Numbered from the stretch's first letter, positions 8,678 through 18,812 are shown. The stretch: 64,000 nucleotides of DNA from Planctomycetota bacterium (GCA_965223845.1 CBDCXR010000004.1:5696001-5760000), one strand, 5' to 3'. Numbers and translations are program-made. Notes: generated by a model from the sequence alone, not told the origin.

Positions 8678-11125
8678 CTACGCTCCCGGCGCCACCGGCG
8701 ACTCGGGCGTTCCATCCACCTCGACCGCATCGCGCACCGGCGCGAGCCAGAGACTCTCGATGAGTCGGTCGCGCTCGGGCGAGTCGGGCAGTCGGTCGCG
8801 CGCGTCGTAGGCGATTTCCTGCGCGCGCTCGATCGGCGCTTCGCCGCAGAGCGTCTTCGCGAGCTCGATCACATCGAGGGCTTCGACCACGTGTTCACTC
8901 GTCGGCTTCTCGACGAGTGTCTCGACGGCCTCGGCGATCATTCCCGCGAACACCTCGCGCGCAAACGATCGATCGACTTCGTAGCCGCGCTGCTCGATCT
9001 CGCCGGCGATGCTGAGCGCGCGTTTGTAGTCGGTCGGCTGACGGCTTCGGTTCTGCCGGCGGATCGCGTCCTCGAGCCTCTTTCCGAGAGTGAACTCCGC
9101 CGCAACGCGGAGCTCGGGCGGGATCTCGAAGCCGGCCGACTGAAGCATTTCCAGCGTGCGATGATGGTCTTCGTAGAGGTGCGCGTACTGCTCGGAGAAA
9201 TGCTGGATGAGATTTCCGAAGACGATCTCGGAGATCGATTGCCGCCCCTCGGGAAGAACATGCTCGAGACCGTACTCATCGGGGCCGAACTCCTCCTGCG
9301 CGATGCGAAGAAGCCGCGGGAGCGAGTCGCTCCGGAAACTCTTCCACAGACGCGACGTCGCCTTTCGCAGTCGATCCGCGCCGGGGAACGGCCGAACGAG
9401 GCAATAAAAATCGACTCCGCCAAAGTGAACGGCGGCGAAGACGGCGTCGAGCTGCTTTCCCGTTCGAATCGACTCGAGATACGCGCGGCCCGTCGCAAGC
9501 GTGAGTCGGCCGAGCTTCTCCTTGCGGAAGCTCGAGATCTGATACGAGTAGTCGCACGTTTCGCCGCGCGGCTCGACCGCCGCAACGAGGCTCGAGAACG
9601 CTAGGTGCGCCGTGATTCCCCGCCGCGTGAAGCGCGAGCGCTCGACGAATCGCCGGTAGATGTCCGCGCCGTTCCCGAACTCGGGGATGTTGCTCTCCGC
9701 CTCCGAAAGGAGCTCGAGGAACTCCTCTTCCGGAGAAGCGTATCCGAGCTCTTCGGCGAAACCGATCGCCCGCCCGGCGTACTTGAGGATCTGCAGCGTC
9801 TCGATGCCTGAGACGTCATTGAAGAACCAGCCACAGCTCGTGTACATGAGCTGCGCGTTTCGCTGAAGCTCGAGGAAGGTGAGCGCGCGCACGCGGTCGT
9901 TCGCGCGGAGATGTTTCGTCGCGTGCGAGCGAAGAAAATCTTCGGGGTGAAGTTTCCGATCGAGGAAGAGATCGATGTAACCGTTCCGCGCCGCCCACGG
10001 ATCGATGAGGAGCTCGCTCCCGTCGCGCTCGAAGACGTTCGCGGCGAAATCCCGAAGCTGATCGAGCGCCGCGCGGAGCGGCCCGCGCCACTGCTGGTTC
10101 CAGCCTTTCTGTCCGCCGGTGTGACAGCCGCAATCGCGACACCATCGCCCGACGCCGTGCGCGCAACTCCACGCCGTCCCTTCGCCGTCGGGTCCGGACT
10201 TGATCTCGACCTCGAGCGTCGGCGGATGCCGCTCGAGGTACTCGCCGTAGTTCGTTACCCAGAATCCGCGCGCGGGCGCCTCGACGTCGAGCGCGTACGC
10301 GAGTGAGCGATCGCCGAAGTGCGCGTGGTGGCCGTAGCTTTCGCCGTCGGTCGCGGTCTGCACGATGCGCCCCTCGCCCCCGTGGGCGCGAGAGAGGAGA
10401 TCGACGAGCGCCTGACTCGAGCTCAACCCACCTTCGAACGCGATCGCGCGCGCGATCGGCGCGTCGTAGAAGAAGATCGCGATCGACCGGCCCGATCCAT
10501 CCTGGTGGAGATACCTGTACGCGACTCCGGGATCGACGGATCCGTCGGAGACGTCCACCCACGCGCCGCCCGGCGTCCGAACGCGCTCAGCTTGGTAGGG
10601 CGAGAGGATGACGTAGGCGAGTCCCGCATCGATGAGATCGTCGAGCGTCGCCTGGTTGCACGCCGTCTCGGGAAGCCACATCGATTCCGGCTCGCGTTTG
10701 AAGCGATGCCGAAAGTCGGCGAGTCCCCACTCGATCTGCGTTTTTCGATCGCGGCCGTTCGCGAGCGGCAGGATGACGTGGTTGTAGGCCTGCGCGATCG
10801 CGTTTCCGTGGCCGTTGTGGCGCGCGCGGCTCTCGCGATCGGCGTCGAGGATGCGACGGTAGACGTGCGGATGCCGCGCCTCGATCCAGGAGAGAAGCGT
10901 CGGGCCGAAGTTGAAACTGATATTTGCGTAGTTGTTCGCGATGCGAGAGACGCGACCGTAGTGGTCGACGATGCGCGCGAAGGCGTTCGAGCGGTAGCAC
11001 TCGGCGAGGATGCGCTCGTTCCAGTCGCGAAACGGAGCTGCGCTCGGCTCGCGTTCGACGGCTCCCGTCCAAGGGTTCTCGCGAGGTGGTTGATAGAAGT
11101 GACCGTGAACGACGAGTGCAGTCAT
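8678..11125 (-). CDS. Glycoside hydrolase family 57 / DUF3536 protein
   Basis: HGHFYQPPRENPW, SFNFGPTLL, MWLPETA, TATDGESYGHH, AWSCAHGVGRW, MYTSCGWFF. Confidence 0.9.
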   Translation of the reverse strand: MTALVVHGHFYQPPRENPWTGAVEREPSAAPFRDWNERILAECYRSNAFARIVDHYGRVSRIANNYANISFNFGPTLLSWIEARHPHVYRRILDADRESRARHNGHGNAIAQAYNHVILPLANGRDRKTQIEWGLADFRHRFKREPESMWLPETACNQATLDDLIDAGLAYVILSPYQAERVRTPGGAWVDVSDGSVDPGVAYRYLHQDGSGRSIAIFFYDAPIARAIAFEGGLSSSQALVDLLSRAHGGEGRIVQTATDGESYGHHAHFGDRSLAYALDVEAPARGFWVTNYGEYLERHPPTLEVEIKSGPDGEGTAWSCAHGVGRWCRDCGCHTGGQKGWNQQWRGPLRAALDQLRDFAANVFERDGSELLIDPWAARNGYIDLFLDRKLHPEDFLRSHATKHLRANDRVRALTFLELQRNAQLMYTSCGWFFNDVSGIETLQILKYAGRAIGFAEELGYASPEEEFLELLSEAESNIPEFGNGADIYRRFVERSRFTRRGITAHLAFSSLVAAVEPRGETCDYSYQISSFRKEKLGRLTLATGRAYLESIRTGKQLDAVFAAVHFGGVDFYCLVRPFPGADRLRKATSRLWKSFRSDSLPRLLRIAQEEFGPDEYGLEHVLPEGRQSISEIVFGNLIQHFSEQYAHLYEDHHRTLEMLQSAGFEIPPELRVAAEFTLGKRLEDAIRRQNRSRQPTDYKRALSIAGEIEQRGYEVDRSFAREVFAGMIAEAVETLVEKPTSEHVVEALDVIELAKTLCGEAPIERAQEIAYDARDRLPDSPERDRLIESLWLAPVRDAVEVDGTPESPVAPGA

Positions 11126-11507
11126 GATGGCCTATGCGCTGAGTTCGTTTGCCGCGCACGGAGCGCGATATCGAGCAGCGTTCGGGGTTCGATTCGGAAG
11201 TGCGACAAACGACGGCTCGCACGCGGCGAACCGATCGAAGCGGCGGAAGACTTCCAGTCCGCCGTTCGCACCAGATTCTACTACGACACGGTGAGACGAG
11301 AACCGAGCATCGGATCCGTCGACTCCTTGATCCTCCATGTGGTCCGAACGCCGAAGCCGTGAGTGCGGCGCCACGTCGCGGTCAGTTCCCGCCGATCTCG
11401 GATTCAGCCGAGCGCAACGAGCGCGGAGAACGCGATGCATACGGCGGCGCTGGACAACGGCCGCAGTCCACGTCTCCGCTTTCGTCGATCGCGCGCGTCG
11501 ATGCCGG

Positions 11508-13331
11508 TCAGTCGTCCACTTGCCAGGGACAGCGTGCGCCGGCGACGAGGTCGAGGAGCCCGGCGAGCGGAACACCGACCCACGCCGGGCGGTGCTCGAG
11601 CTCGTAGCGGAGCTCGTAGCCGGCCTTCTCGATCGAGAGCACGCGCAGCCAACGGTCGAAGACGTCTCTTTTATCGGGCAAAAACCCCGCGGCCTTTGCG
11701 TTTCTCCAGTAGGCGTCGACAAACGTCGACGCGACGCCTCGCTCCCAGCCGCGCATCCAGCGCCCCTCCCGGCTGCGGTCGCCCCAGCCGCCGCTTATCG
11801 GACGATCGCCGCGGACGCGCGCGGCGTAGCCGAAGGATCGGACCATCCCCGCGACGTCGCGCAGGGGAAACGCTTTTCCTCGGCGTTCGGCGAGAGATCG
11901 GCTGGGCTCGCCCTCGAAATCGATGATCCAGAGCCGCTCGCGCGCACTCGAAACCAGAACCTGACCGAGATGAAAATCCCCGTGGACGCGAAATCGCTGC
12001 GCGGGTTGCCACGCGCCCTCGAGATCGCCGACGGCATCGGCGATCTCGTCCTCTCGAGAGAGAGCTTCGAGGACATCCTGTCGGACGGGTGAGGGGAGAT
12101 CGTCGAAGCGTTCGCGGAGTCGATCGAGCGACTCGAGGACCTCGCCTGCGATGCGTTCGGCGTCGGCCGCGAGATCCGCGCGCGTGATCGCTTCGGGAGC
12201 GAACTCGGGTGCCTCCGCTCGAAAGAGCGCGCGATGCATCTCGGCGGTCGCCACGCCGAGCTGCTCCGCGAGCTCGGCTAGGGGGCCGAGCTCGGCATCG
12301 GCCGAATGGGCGCGTCGCCCGAGGTAAGCCGATGCTTCGCTGAGAAAGACGCCCCACAGATCTTCGCTCGCCGGGAGCGCCTCGAGCGTAACGGCAACAA
12401 CGCCCGACGCCTCGACGGTGTTCCGCGCTCGACGCTGGCTCGGCGACCCCGATCCCGCCGCCTCCCGCCGTTCGATCACTTCGCCGATTCGCGGAGCGGC
12501 CGAAAACCCGCGGCGCTCGAGCTCTTCGAGCATCTCGACTTCAGGATGCGAGCCGGCGTTCCACCGGCGAAACAGCTTGAAGAACCTTCCGCCCACGATC
12601 GCGGCGCTGTTCGACTGCTCGCTCTCGAGGACTCGCGGAGAAGCGGCGCGATCCCCGCTTGCGGACAGGTCTCCGACTCTTCTCGTCGCGAACGCCGAGC
12701 TCACCGATCCGGAGCTGAACTCACCGCGAACGAGACTCTCGTAGAAGGCGCGCGCGTTCGATCCAGTCGCGAACGCGTCGATGAGAACGCGGCCGTCCGC
12801 GAGCCGCGCCAATTGAAAGCGTCTGGGAACTCCCTCCACGCTCTCGGCGAGGACGAGCGGGACGACGTAGGTCTCGGGGTCCGAGTGTTCCGCCTCGACT
12901 GTGACGAAGAGTACGACCGAAGGATCCCCGTCTTTCGCCACCCGAACGAGTCCGTCGACGATGCGGGCGCAAAGCCGCTTCCCCGTCGCGCCGCACCAGC
13001 GCTGGACCGCGAGAAACGCGGGCAGCGCCGACCGAGCGAGGAACTCGCGGGCGGGCGGGGTGAGAAGCGCGGCCGGTGCGGCGGCTTCGCCGACGAGTCG
13101 TCGCGGAAGCTCGGGGAGCTCGTCCTCGACGATCGAAGCGTTGGGACGCTCGGACTCGCTCGTCACGTCAGTCCCTCCTTCGAATTTCGACCCGCGTCCG
13201 AACAATGATTCTACTTCGGCGCCGCGCTTCCGAAGAGAGCGGCTCTCTAAGTTCTTATCGGCTGCAGCCGCCGCCGGCCCCTTGCCCTTCTTCCCCACCG
13301 GCTCCGTCGTCGCTCCTAGAGCAAGGGACAA
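11508..13331 (-). CDS. Maltokinase (Mak/Pep2-like, APH-fold); start uncertain
   Basis: EQSNSA, RVHGDFHLGQVLV, IIDFEGEP, LRDVAGMVRSFGYAA, EKAGYELRYELEHRPAW. Confidence 0.85.
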   Translation of the reverse strand: MSLALGATTEPVGKKGKGPAAAAADKNLESRSLRKRGAEVESLFGRGSKFEGGTDVTSESERPNASIVEDELPELPRRLVGEAAAPAALLTPPAREFLARSALPAFLAVQRWCGATGKRLCARIVDGLVRVAKDGDPSVVLFVTVEAEHSDPETYVVPLVLAESVEGVPRRFQLARLADGRVLIDAFATGSNARAFYESLVRGEFSSGSVSSAFATRRVGDLSASGDRAASPRVLESEQSNSAAIVGGRFFKLFRRWNAGSHPEVEMLEELERRGFSAAPRIGEVIERREAAGSGSPSQRRARNTVEASGVVAVTLEALPASEDLWGVFLSEASAYLGRRAHSADAELGPLAELAEQLGVATAEMHRALFRAEAPEFAPEAITRADLAADAERIAGEVLESLDRLRERFDDLPSPVRQDVLEALSREDEIADAVGDLEGAWQPAQRFRVHGDFHLGQVLVSSARERLWIIDFEGEPSRSLAERRGKAFPLRDVAGMVRSFGYAARVRGDRPISGGWGDRSREGRWMRGWERGVASTFVDAYWRNAKAAGFLPDKRDVFDRWLRVLSIEKAGYELRYELEHRPAWVGVPLAGLLDLVAGARCPWQVDD

Positions 13332-13334
13332 CGT

Positions 13335-14549
13335 TCACCCGAGGTCGAATGCCTGCGAAGCGCGATCGACGATCTCCTCGGCGATCGCGAGCGACGCGGT
13401 GGCGGCCGGCGACGGTGCGTTGACGACGTGCAGCGAACGCGGAGAGTCGGCGATGGCGAAATCGTCGACGAGCTCGCCCTTATCCGTGAGCGCCTGAGCG
13501 CGAACACCCGCTCCGCCCGGGCGCAAATCCTCGGCACGAATCTCAGGGACGAGGCGGGCGAGACCTCGTACGAACGCCGATTTGTTGAACGACCGATACA
13601 TCTCACCGATGCCCGTCCGCCAGTGGCGAAACGCTAGACGCCAGAATCCAGATGAGCCGACGAGCTCCCCGAGATCCTGCAGCCGAATATCGCGCCGCCG
13701 GTACCCCTCGCGTGCGAACGCGACGACGGCGTTCGGTCCCGCTTCGACGGACCCGTCGATCACGCGAGTGAAGTGCACGCCGAGAAACGGAAAGCGCGGA
13801 TCCGGGACCGGATAGATGAGTCCGCGGACGAGCTCGCGTCGTTCGGGAACGAGCTCGTAGTACTCGCCGCGAAAGGGGGCGATCGAGACGCCGGGGTCGA
13901 CTCCCGCGAGCCCGGCGAGACGATCGGACTGCAGCCCGCCGCAGGTGATGAGGTAGCGAGAGTGGACGACGCCGTCGTTGACGGCGAGAACCATCTCGCC
14001 TCGCTCCCCGCGGATCCCGACGACTTTCGCTCCGAGTCGAACATCGCTGCCCGTCTCTTCGAGCTCTCGCTTCAGCGTCTCGCACACGACGCGGTAATCG
14101 ACGATGCCGGCGCTCGGAACGAAGAGCGCTCGTGGTCCGCGCGCGTGAGGTTCGATGTCTTTCAGCTCCTCCGGACCGATCGTGATCGTCCCCGGAACAC
14201 CGTTCGCCGCCGCACGGCGAGCGAGCTCGTCGAGAGCCGGAAGCTCTCGCTCCTCGGTGGCGACGACGACCTTACCGCACACTTCGTGAGGAATATCGCG
14301 CGCGCGGCAAAACTCCTTCATGAGCTCCGCCCCGCGCACACAGTTGCGCGCCTTGCTCGACCCGGGGCGATAGTAGATTCCGGAATGGATGACACCGCTA
14401 TTGTGCCCGCTTTGATGCGCGGCGACGCGATTCTCCTTCTCGAGGAGAACCAGATCGAGGCTCGGGTGACGAGCGCGGAGTCGATGGGCCGTCGCGAGGC
14501 CGACGATCCCCCCGCCGACGATCGCGACGTCGTGAATCGGTCGCGTCAT
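13335..14549 (-). CDS. lhgO: L-2-hydroxyglutarate oxidase
   Basis: GGGIVGLATA, HQSGHNSGVIHSGIYY, IYPVPDPRFPFLGVHFT, GVRAQA, NAPSPAATASLAI. Confidence 0.9.
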   Translation of the reverse strand: MTRPIHDVAIVGGGIVGLATAHRLRARHPSLDLVLLEKENRVAAHQSGHNSGVIHSGIYYRPGSSKARNCVRGAELMKEFCRARDIPHEVCGKVVVATEERELPALDELARRAAANGVPGTITIGPEELKDIEPHARGPRALFVPSAGIVDYRVVCETLKRELEETGSDVRLGAKVVGIRGERGEMVLAVNDGVVHSRYLITCGGLQSDRLAGLAGVDPGVSIAPFRGEYYELVPERRELVRGLIYPVPDPRFPFLGVHFTRVIDGSVEAGPNAVVAFAREGYRRRDIRLQDLGELVGSSGFWRLAFRHWRTGIGEMYRSFNKSAFVRGLARLVPEIRAEDLRPGGAGVRAQALTDKGELVDDFAIADSPRSLHVVNAPSPAATASLAIAEEIVDRASQAFDLG

Positions 14550-15364
14550 CGGGACTCGTCCGGCGTCTTGTGGTAGCCGCGGCCGCGGACGAAGCGCGCC
14601 ATTCCCGCTTCGTAGAGGCCGCGCGGAACCGAGCGCAAAAGCTTGAGCGGGTACGTCAGTCGCCGCGGAAAGTGGATCTCGCGCTTTCCGCGCGCGAGTC
14701 CGTCAACGATGCGCACCGCCGCGCGCTCGGGCGACTGGAGGAACGGCATCGGGAAGCGATTGCGATCCGTCATCGGTGTCTTGACGAATCCCGGTGAAAC
14801 CGTCGTCAATTGGACTCCGCTCCCGCGTGTATCGACGCGGAGGCTCTCGAGAAATGTCGAAAGCGCCGCCTTGCTCGCGCAGTACGGGGCCGCGGTCGGA
14901 AGGCCGCGCACGGCGGCGATGCTCGAGACGCACGCGATGCGACCCGCGCCGCGCTCGAGCATCCCGGGGAGAAGCGCGGCGAGACCGTAGACCGCGCCGA
15001 AAACATTCACCGCGAAGATCCGTTCGATGAGATCGACATCGAAGTTCCTCTCGGGGAAAAACGAATCCCCGATGCCGGCATTGAGAATCGCGGTGTCGAC
15101 AGTGCCTAACGCGTTCTCTGCCTCCGCAATCGCCGCGGTTACGGCCGCCCGATCGCGCGCGTCGCCCGGCTGAACGAGATACGTCTTCGCCGGCGCGAGC
15201 GTCGCGAGCTCTCCGGCGAGCTCGCACAGCTTCTCTCTGCGGCGAGCGAAGAGAGCGACATCGCAGCCACGACGGGCGAGCTCGCGAGCGAGCGCCGCGC
15301 CGATCCCGCTCGACGCGCCGGAGAGCCAGACGCGCCAGCCGAGCTCAGAGGCGGCGCGAGCCAT
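14546..15364 (-). CDS. SDR family NAD(P)-dependent oxidoreductase
   Basis: SGASSGIG, NAG, catalytic YCASK, PGFVKTPMT. 4-nt overlap with the lhgO start. Confidence 0.9.
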   Translation of the reverse strand: MARAASELGWRVWLSGASSGIGAALARELARRGCDVALFARRREKLCELAGELATLAPAKTYLVQPGDARDRAAVTAAIAEAENALGTVDTAILNAGIGDSFFPERNFDVDLIERIFAVNVFGAVYGLAALLPGMLERGAGRIACVSSIAAVRGLPTAAPYCASKAALSTFLESLRVDTRGSGVQLTTVSPGFVKTPMTDRNRFPMPFLQSPERAAVRIVDGLARGKREIHFPRRLTYPLKLLRSVPRGLYEAGMARFVRGRGYHKTPDESR

Positions 15365-15532
15365 GTGTCGCTACATCGAGTTTGGCCATGATTCAGCGAG
15401 GAGCGGGAGAGAGGGGGTCGCCGAAGACAAGCCGCGAGGAGGACGCCGCGCTGGACGGCCTCCTCGTCGGAACGCAGCGACGGCGTCGGCGAGTCTCGGA
15501 TTCCCGGAGGGTGATTCTCAACCCGAATCGAA

Positions 15533-17176
15533 TCACCGCTCCGGCGCGCGACGAGGAGTCACCGCGGGAACGGCCGTGTCCCGCGACCTCGCTCGGCGCT
15601 CGTACGTTCGCCCGGCATCGTCAGGATCATTCCGCGAAGCGAGTGCCTCGGCGTAGAGACGGTTGCCGCAGTCCGTCGGATAGCGCCCGGTGAGGCATCC
15701 GAGACAGAGCTCGTCTCGCTTGTACTCCATCGCGTCGACGAGCTCGGAGACAGTGAGGTACTCGAGGCTGTCCGTTTCGAGCTCTTCGGCGAGGCGCGCG
15801 ACGTCGCTCGGTCGGTGCTCGCCCTCGTCGTCGAGCTCGATGAACCGCGGCGCGAAGAGCTCCTTCACCGTGGACATGTCGATCCCATAGCTACAAGGAG
15901 CCATGATCGGCGGACACGCGACCCGCACGTGAACCTCCTTCGCGCCGCCCTTTTCGCGCAGCATCTTGACGATGACGCGAAGCGTCGTCGAGCGCACGAT
16001 GCTGTCCTCGACGAGGAAGACGCGCTTTCCCTTGAGGACTTCCGGCAGAGCGGTGAACTTTCGCATGACTCGCTCCTTCCGGTTCTGCCCCTCGATGAAC
16101 GTTCGCCCGACGTAGCGATTGCGAATGAGGCCTTCGCGCGACGGGATGCCGAGCTTGTACGCCATCGCGTCGCACGCCGCTTTCGCGGTATCGGGGACGG
16201 GCACCGCGACGCAGTCTTCGGGATCGACCGGATAGCGCTCCTTTGCCGCGAGTGCTTCACCGAGTCGGGTGCGCGTGAGGTAGACCGAGCGGCCGTTCAG
16301 GTTCGAAGCGACGTTCGCGAAGTACACGCCTTCGAAAAAGCAGAACGAGCGCCGGGGCGCCGTCGCAAAGGTCTCGCGATGGATTCCTTCGCGCGTGACG
16401 TGAATGAGCGTGCCCGGTGCGACGTCGCGGATCTCGTCGAAGCCGCGGTTCTGAAGCGCGATGCTCTCCGAAGCGGCCGCGAAGAGATTTCCCTTCATGC
16501 TGTAGCAGAGCGGGCGGAAGCCGTACGGGTCGCGCGCGAGGACGAGGTCGCCGGCGGCGTTGAGGAACGCGAGGCTGAACGCCCCGTCGATGTAACTCGC
16601 GACCTGCGCGAAGACCTGGCGAAAGGACGGCTTTTGATCCTGCTCGAGCGCATAACACAGATGATGCATCAAGAGCTCGGTGTCGCCGTCGCGGACGAGG
16701 TGATAGTCGCCCTTCCCGAGGAGCTGCTCGCGAAGCTCGTAGTAGTTCGCGATGTTGCCGTTGAAGCAGAACGCGAACCATTTCCACTTGCGACCGTGGT
16801 GAACCTCGAACGGTTGCGCGTTCGCGGCCTCCTCCTTGCCGCAGGTCGCGTAGCGCGTGTGGCCGATCCCCGCCCGACCGGTGTAGCGGCTCATGATGGC
16901 CTGGAACTTCGACGGGTCTGGGTGCGTGAGCTTGAAGACGTCGCTCACGCTGCCCACATCTCGGTGGGTGTCGATGATCTGCGCCTCGGCGGCGTTGTAC
17001 CGCGTGACGCCCGAGGAGAGCTGTCCGCGATTCTGCAGATCGATCAGCATGTCCGGGATCAACCGGACGGCGTTGAAGCTCTCGGGGAGGATGTCGCCGG
17101 GCGTCGCGCCCGGGAGGGGACGGTCGGTGCGGTAGACGGCAGCAACACCGCACTCGTCGTGAACAGGGTCGAGCAC
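15533..17176 (-). CDS. purF: Amidophosphoribosyltransferase
   Basis: HDECG N-terminal nucleophile, LQNRGQ, GHTRYAT, NGNIAN, DPYGFRPL, VPVPD, NRYVGRTFI, VEDSIVRSTT, YGIDM, CLGC. GTG at 17176 preceded by GAGGA. Confidence 0.93.
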   Translation of the reverse strand: MLDPVHDECGVAAVYRTDRPLPGATPGDILPESFNAVRLIPDMLIDLQNRGQLSSGVTRYNAAEAQIIDTHRDVGSVSDVFKLTHPDPSKFQAIMSRYTGRAGIGHTRYATCGKEEAANAQPFEVHHGRKWKWFAFCFNGNIANYYELREQLLGKGDYHLVRDGDTELLMHHLCYALEQDQKPSFRQVFAQVASYIDGAFSLAFLNAAGDLVLARDPYGFRPLCYSMKGNLFAAASESIALQNRGFDEIRDVAPGTLIHVTREGIHRETFATAPRRSFCFFEGVYFANVASNLNGRSVYLTRTRLGEALAAKERYPVDPEDCVAVPVPDTAKAACDAMAYKLGIPSREGLIRNRYVGRTFIEGQNRKERVMRKFTALPEVLKGKRVFLVEDSIVRSTTLRVIVKMLREKGGAKEVHVRVACPPIMAPCSYGIDMSTVKELFAPRFIELDDEGEHRPSDVARLAEELETDSLEYLTVSELVDAMEYKRDELCLGCLTGRYPTDCGNRLYAEALASRNDPDDAGRTYERRARSRDTAVPAVTPRRAPER

Positions 17177-17850
17177 CGGAGTCCTCGTCGTCGGGTCGAA
17201 GGGACCGGAAGGAAACGGCCGAAAGGTGGGTGGTCTCGGGAAAGACCGGTACGCCCGCGGACCTCGCCGGGGCGGGTTCGAAACTCCCGCAGAGCTTGCC
17301 CAGATTCCTGCTGAGATTCTACTCCGCCGCCGGATGGCGCGGGCGTCCGTTCGCGACACGAATGTCGCGCCGGTTACCGGGTTCGCACCGCACCGCTCGT
17401 CCTAACAGCGCACGTCCTTGTCGCATCGGGTCTTACGACGACCTCGAACGCCGTTCGGACGGAGCTAGTCGAAGGATCCGAACCAGCTCGGCGTGAGCAT
17501 AGCACAGTCGCGCGGGGACTCAACTGTTGCGCGGCGCGCGGGGGAATCGCCGAGCGGCTGCTATCCGCCGCGCGAAAGTCATGAACGCGCGATTGCCGTT
17601 CGCGAGCCGGACTGCGTGCCGGTCGACCTCGGAGAGAAGAGGGAATACGGATTTCCCGTGTCATCTCCAGCTTCGTCGTTCTTCAGACCCTGTAGACGAC
17701 CGTATATCCGGGTCACGACGCGTTCGAAAAGCGATCGGATCTTCAGTTTTCTGCAGCCGGTGAAGTGCCGGTCGCGTTCGGTGGAGGCGGTCGCGACATT
17801 CATTCGGGAGGCGGCGTGGGGTCGCTTCTGATCTCGGTCCGTCCTGACGG

Positions 17851-17856
17851 AAGGAG
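17851..17856 (+). promoter_or_regulatory. Shine-Dalgarno site of the Cys-rich precursor gene
   Basis: AAGGAG located 8 nt upstream of ATG 17865. Confidence 0.8.
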
Positions 17857-17864
17857 CCCATCCA

Positions 17865-18812
17865 ATGTTCGATGTCAGAGATCTAGGAGTCACCGTGTTG
17901 CCGGGCATGGGTTGCGGGGGATTTACCTGTCTCGGAGGCTCGTGTCTCGCGGGGAGTTGTCCGGGCGGTAGCTGTCCGGGAGGAACCTGCCAGAACGCGA
18001 CCTGCTTCGCGACGTGCGTCGGATTCACCTGCCTAGGCGCGACGCAAGGGTGTGCGCAGGCGACCTGCCCTGGAGGCAGTTTGTGCATCCAGCCATCGCA
18101 TTGCGCCCCGCCGACGTTCTGCGCTCAGCCTACGCACTGCGCGCAGCCCACACATTGCGCGTCACCCACGTTTTGCGCGCCACCGACTTCGTGTGCCCAG
18201 CCGACACTTTGTGTCCGACCGACGGTCTGCACCGATCCAACCCTCTGCGTCCAGCCGACGCACTGCAAACAGCCGACGGTGTGTTCCGATCCGACGCTCT
18301 GTATCGAGCCAACCCGCTGCGCGCCGCCCACCTCGTGCTCCGATCCGACGTTCTGCATCCAGCCCACGGTGTGTCCCGACCCCACGGTCTGCATACAGCC
18401 AACGCGATGCGCGCAGCCGACGATGTGTCCCGATCCGACGCTCTGTCTCACTCCCACCCACTGCAAGCAGTTCACGATCTGCACTCAACCCTCTCTCTGT
18501 CCTCGCCCGTCGATCTGCATCGAGCCGACGCTCGATTGCCCGGCAGCCAGCGTTCGGTGCCCGGGAGGCACGTGTGAGTTCGGCAGCGTTTGCGGCGGTG
18601 GAAGCTGCGCCGGAGGATCGGTGTTGACTGCCGACCCGAGCCGAATCGCGAGCCTCGACGAGCTCAAGTCCGAGCTCCAGCGAACACTGGCTCGAATCGA
18701 AGAAGTCGAGGCGCGAGAGCCGGATAGCGTCGACGAGATCGATGCCCGTATCGAAGGATTACAGGTTGAGATCGATCGCCTGAAGCAACTCCGCCAGGAA
18801 CTCGAACGATGA
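17865..18812 (+). CDS. Putative giant lanthipeptide-type RiPP precursor: 41 Cys in C-x-x-x-[S/T] repeats plus C-terminal coiled coil
   Basis: Strong RBS. 16-aa N-peptide, then pentapeptide units (CPGGS/T), ~25 CxxP[T/S]x units, more Gly-rich units and a 62-aa helical tail. Stop overlaps the next start (ATGA). The RiPP role is inferred from the neighbouring enzymes. Confidence 0.8.
   Translation: MFDVRDLGVTVLPGMGCGGFTCLGGSCLAGSCPGGSCPGGTCQNATCFATCVGFTCLGATQGCAQATCPGGSLCIQPSHCAPPTFCAQPTHCAQPTHCASPTFCAPPTSCAQPTLCVRPTVCTDPTLCVQPTHCKQPTVCSDPTLCIEPTRCAPPTSCSDPTFCIQPTVCPDPTVCIQPTRCAQPTMCPDPTLCLTPTHCKQFTICTQPSLCPRPSICIEPTLDCPAASVRCPGGTCEFGSVCGGGSCAGGSVLTADPSRIASLDELKSELQRTLARIEEVEAREPDSVDEIDARIEGLQVEIDRLKQLRQELER
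18084..18536 (+). repeat. 18-bp-period coding tandem repeat (CxxP[T/S]x hexapeptides)
   Basis: 24 consecutive hexapeptides CIQPSH...CPRPSI plus CIEPTLD. Codons are diverged while C, P and T are retained. Confidence 0.9.

Noticed and set aside
11281-11510. Minus-strand frame ...AVCIAFSALVALG-TGA-IRDRR..., a lipobox-like sequence with TGA at the Cys position (Sec or pseudogene?)
   Set aside because: No good start codon or RBS, no SECIS that I can verify, and the downstream frame is short.
17177-17500. Purine/PRPP/ZTP riboswitch upstream of purF
   Set aside because: No recognisable consensus by eye. An Rfam scan would be needed.
17579-18488. Minus-strand repetitive ORFs (QLPPG, QxVG repeats)
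   Set aside because: These are antisense mirrors of the Cys-rich gene. The plus frame has the RBS and translational coupling.
18084-18536. Possible CRISPR array or non-coding tandem repeat
   Set aside because: The period is 18 bp with codon-level variation and no spacers, and no cas genes are present.
17865-18812. Metallothionein or keratin-associated-like protein as the sole interpretation
   Set aside because: Not excluded but disfavoured: there are no CC/CxC clusters, the Cys:Ser/Thr register is strict, and the gene is coupled to lyase and kinase-LanC genes.
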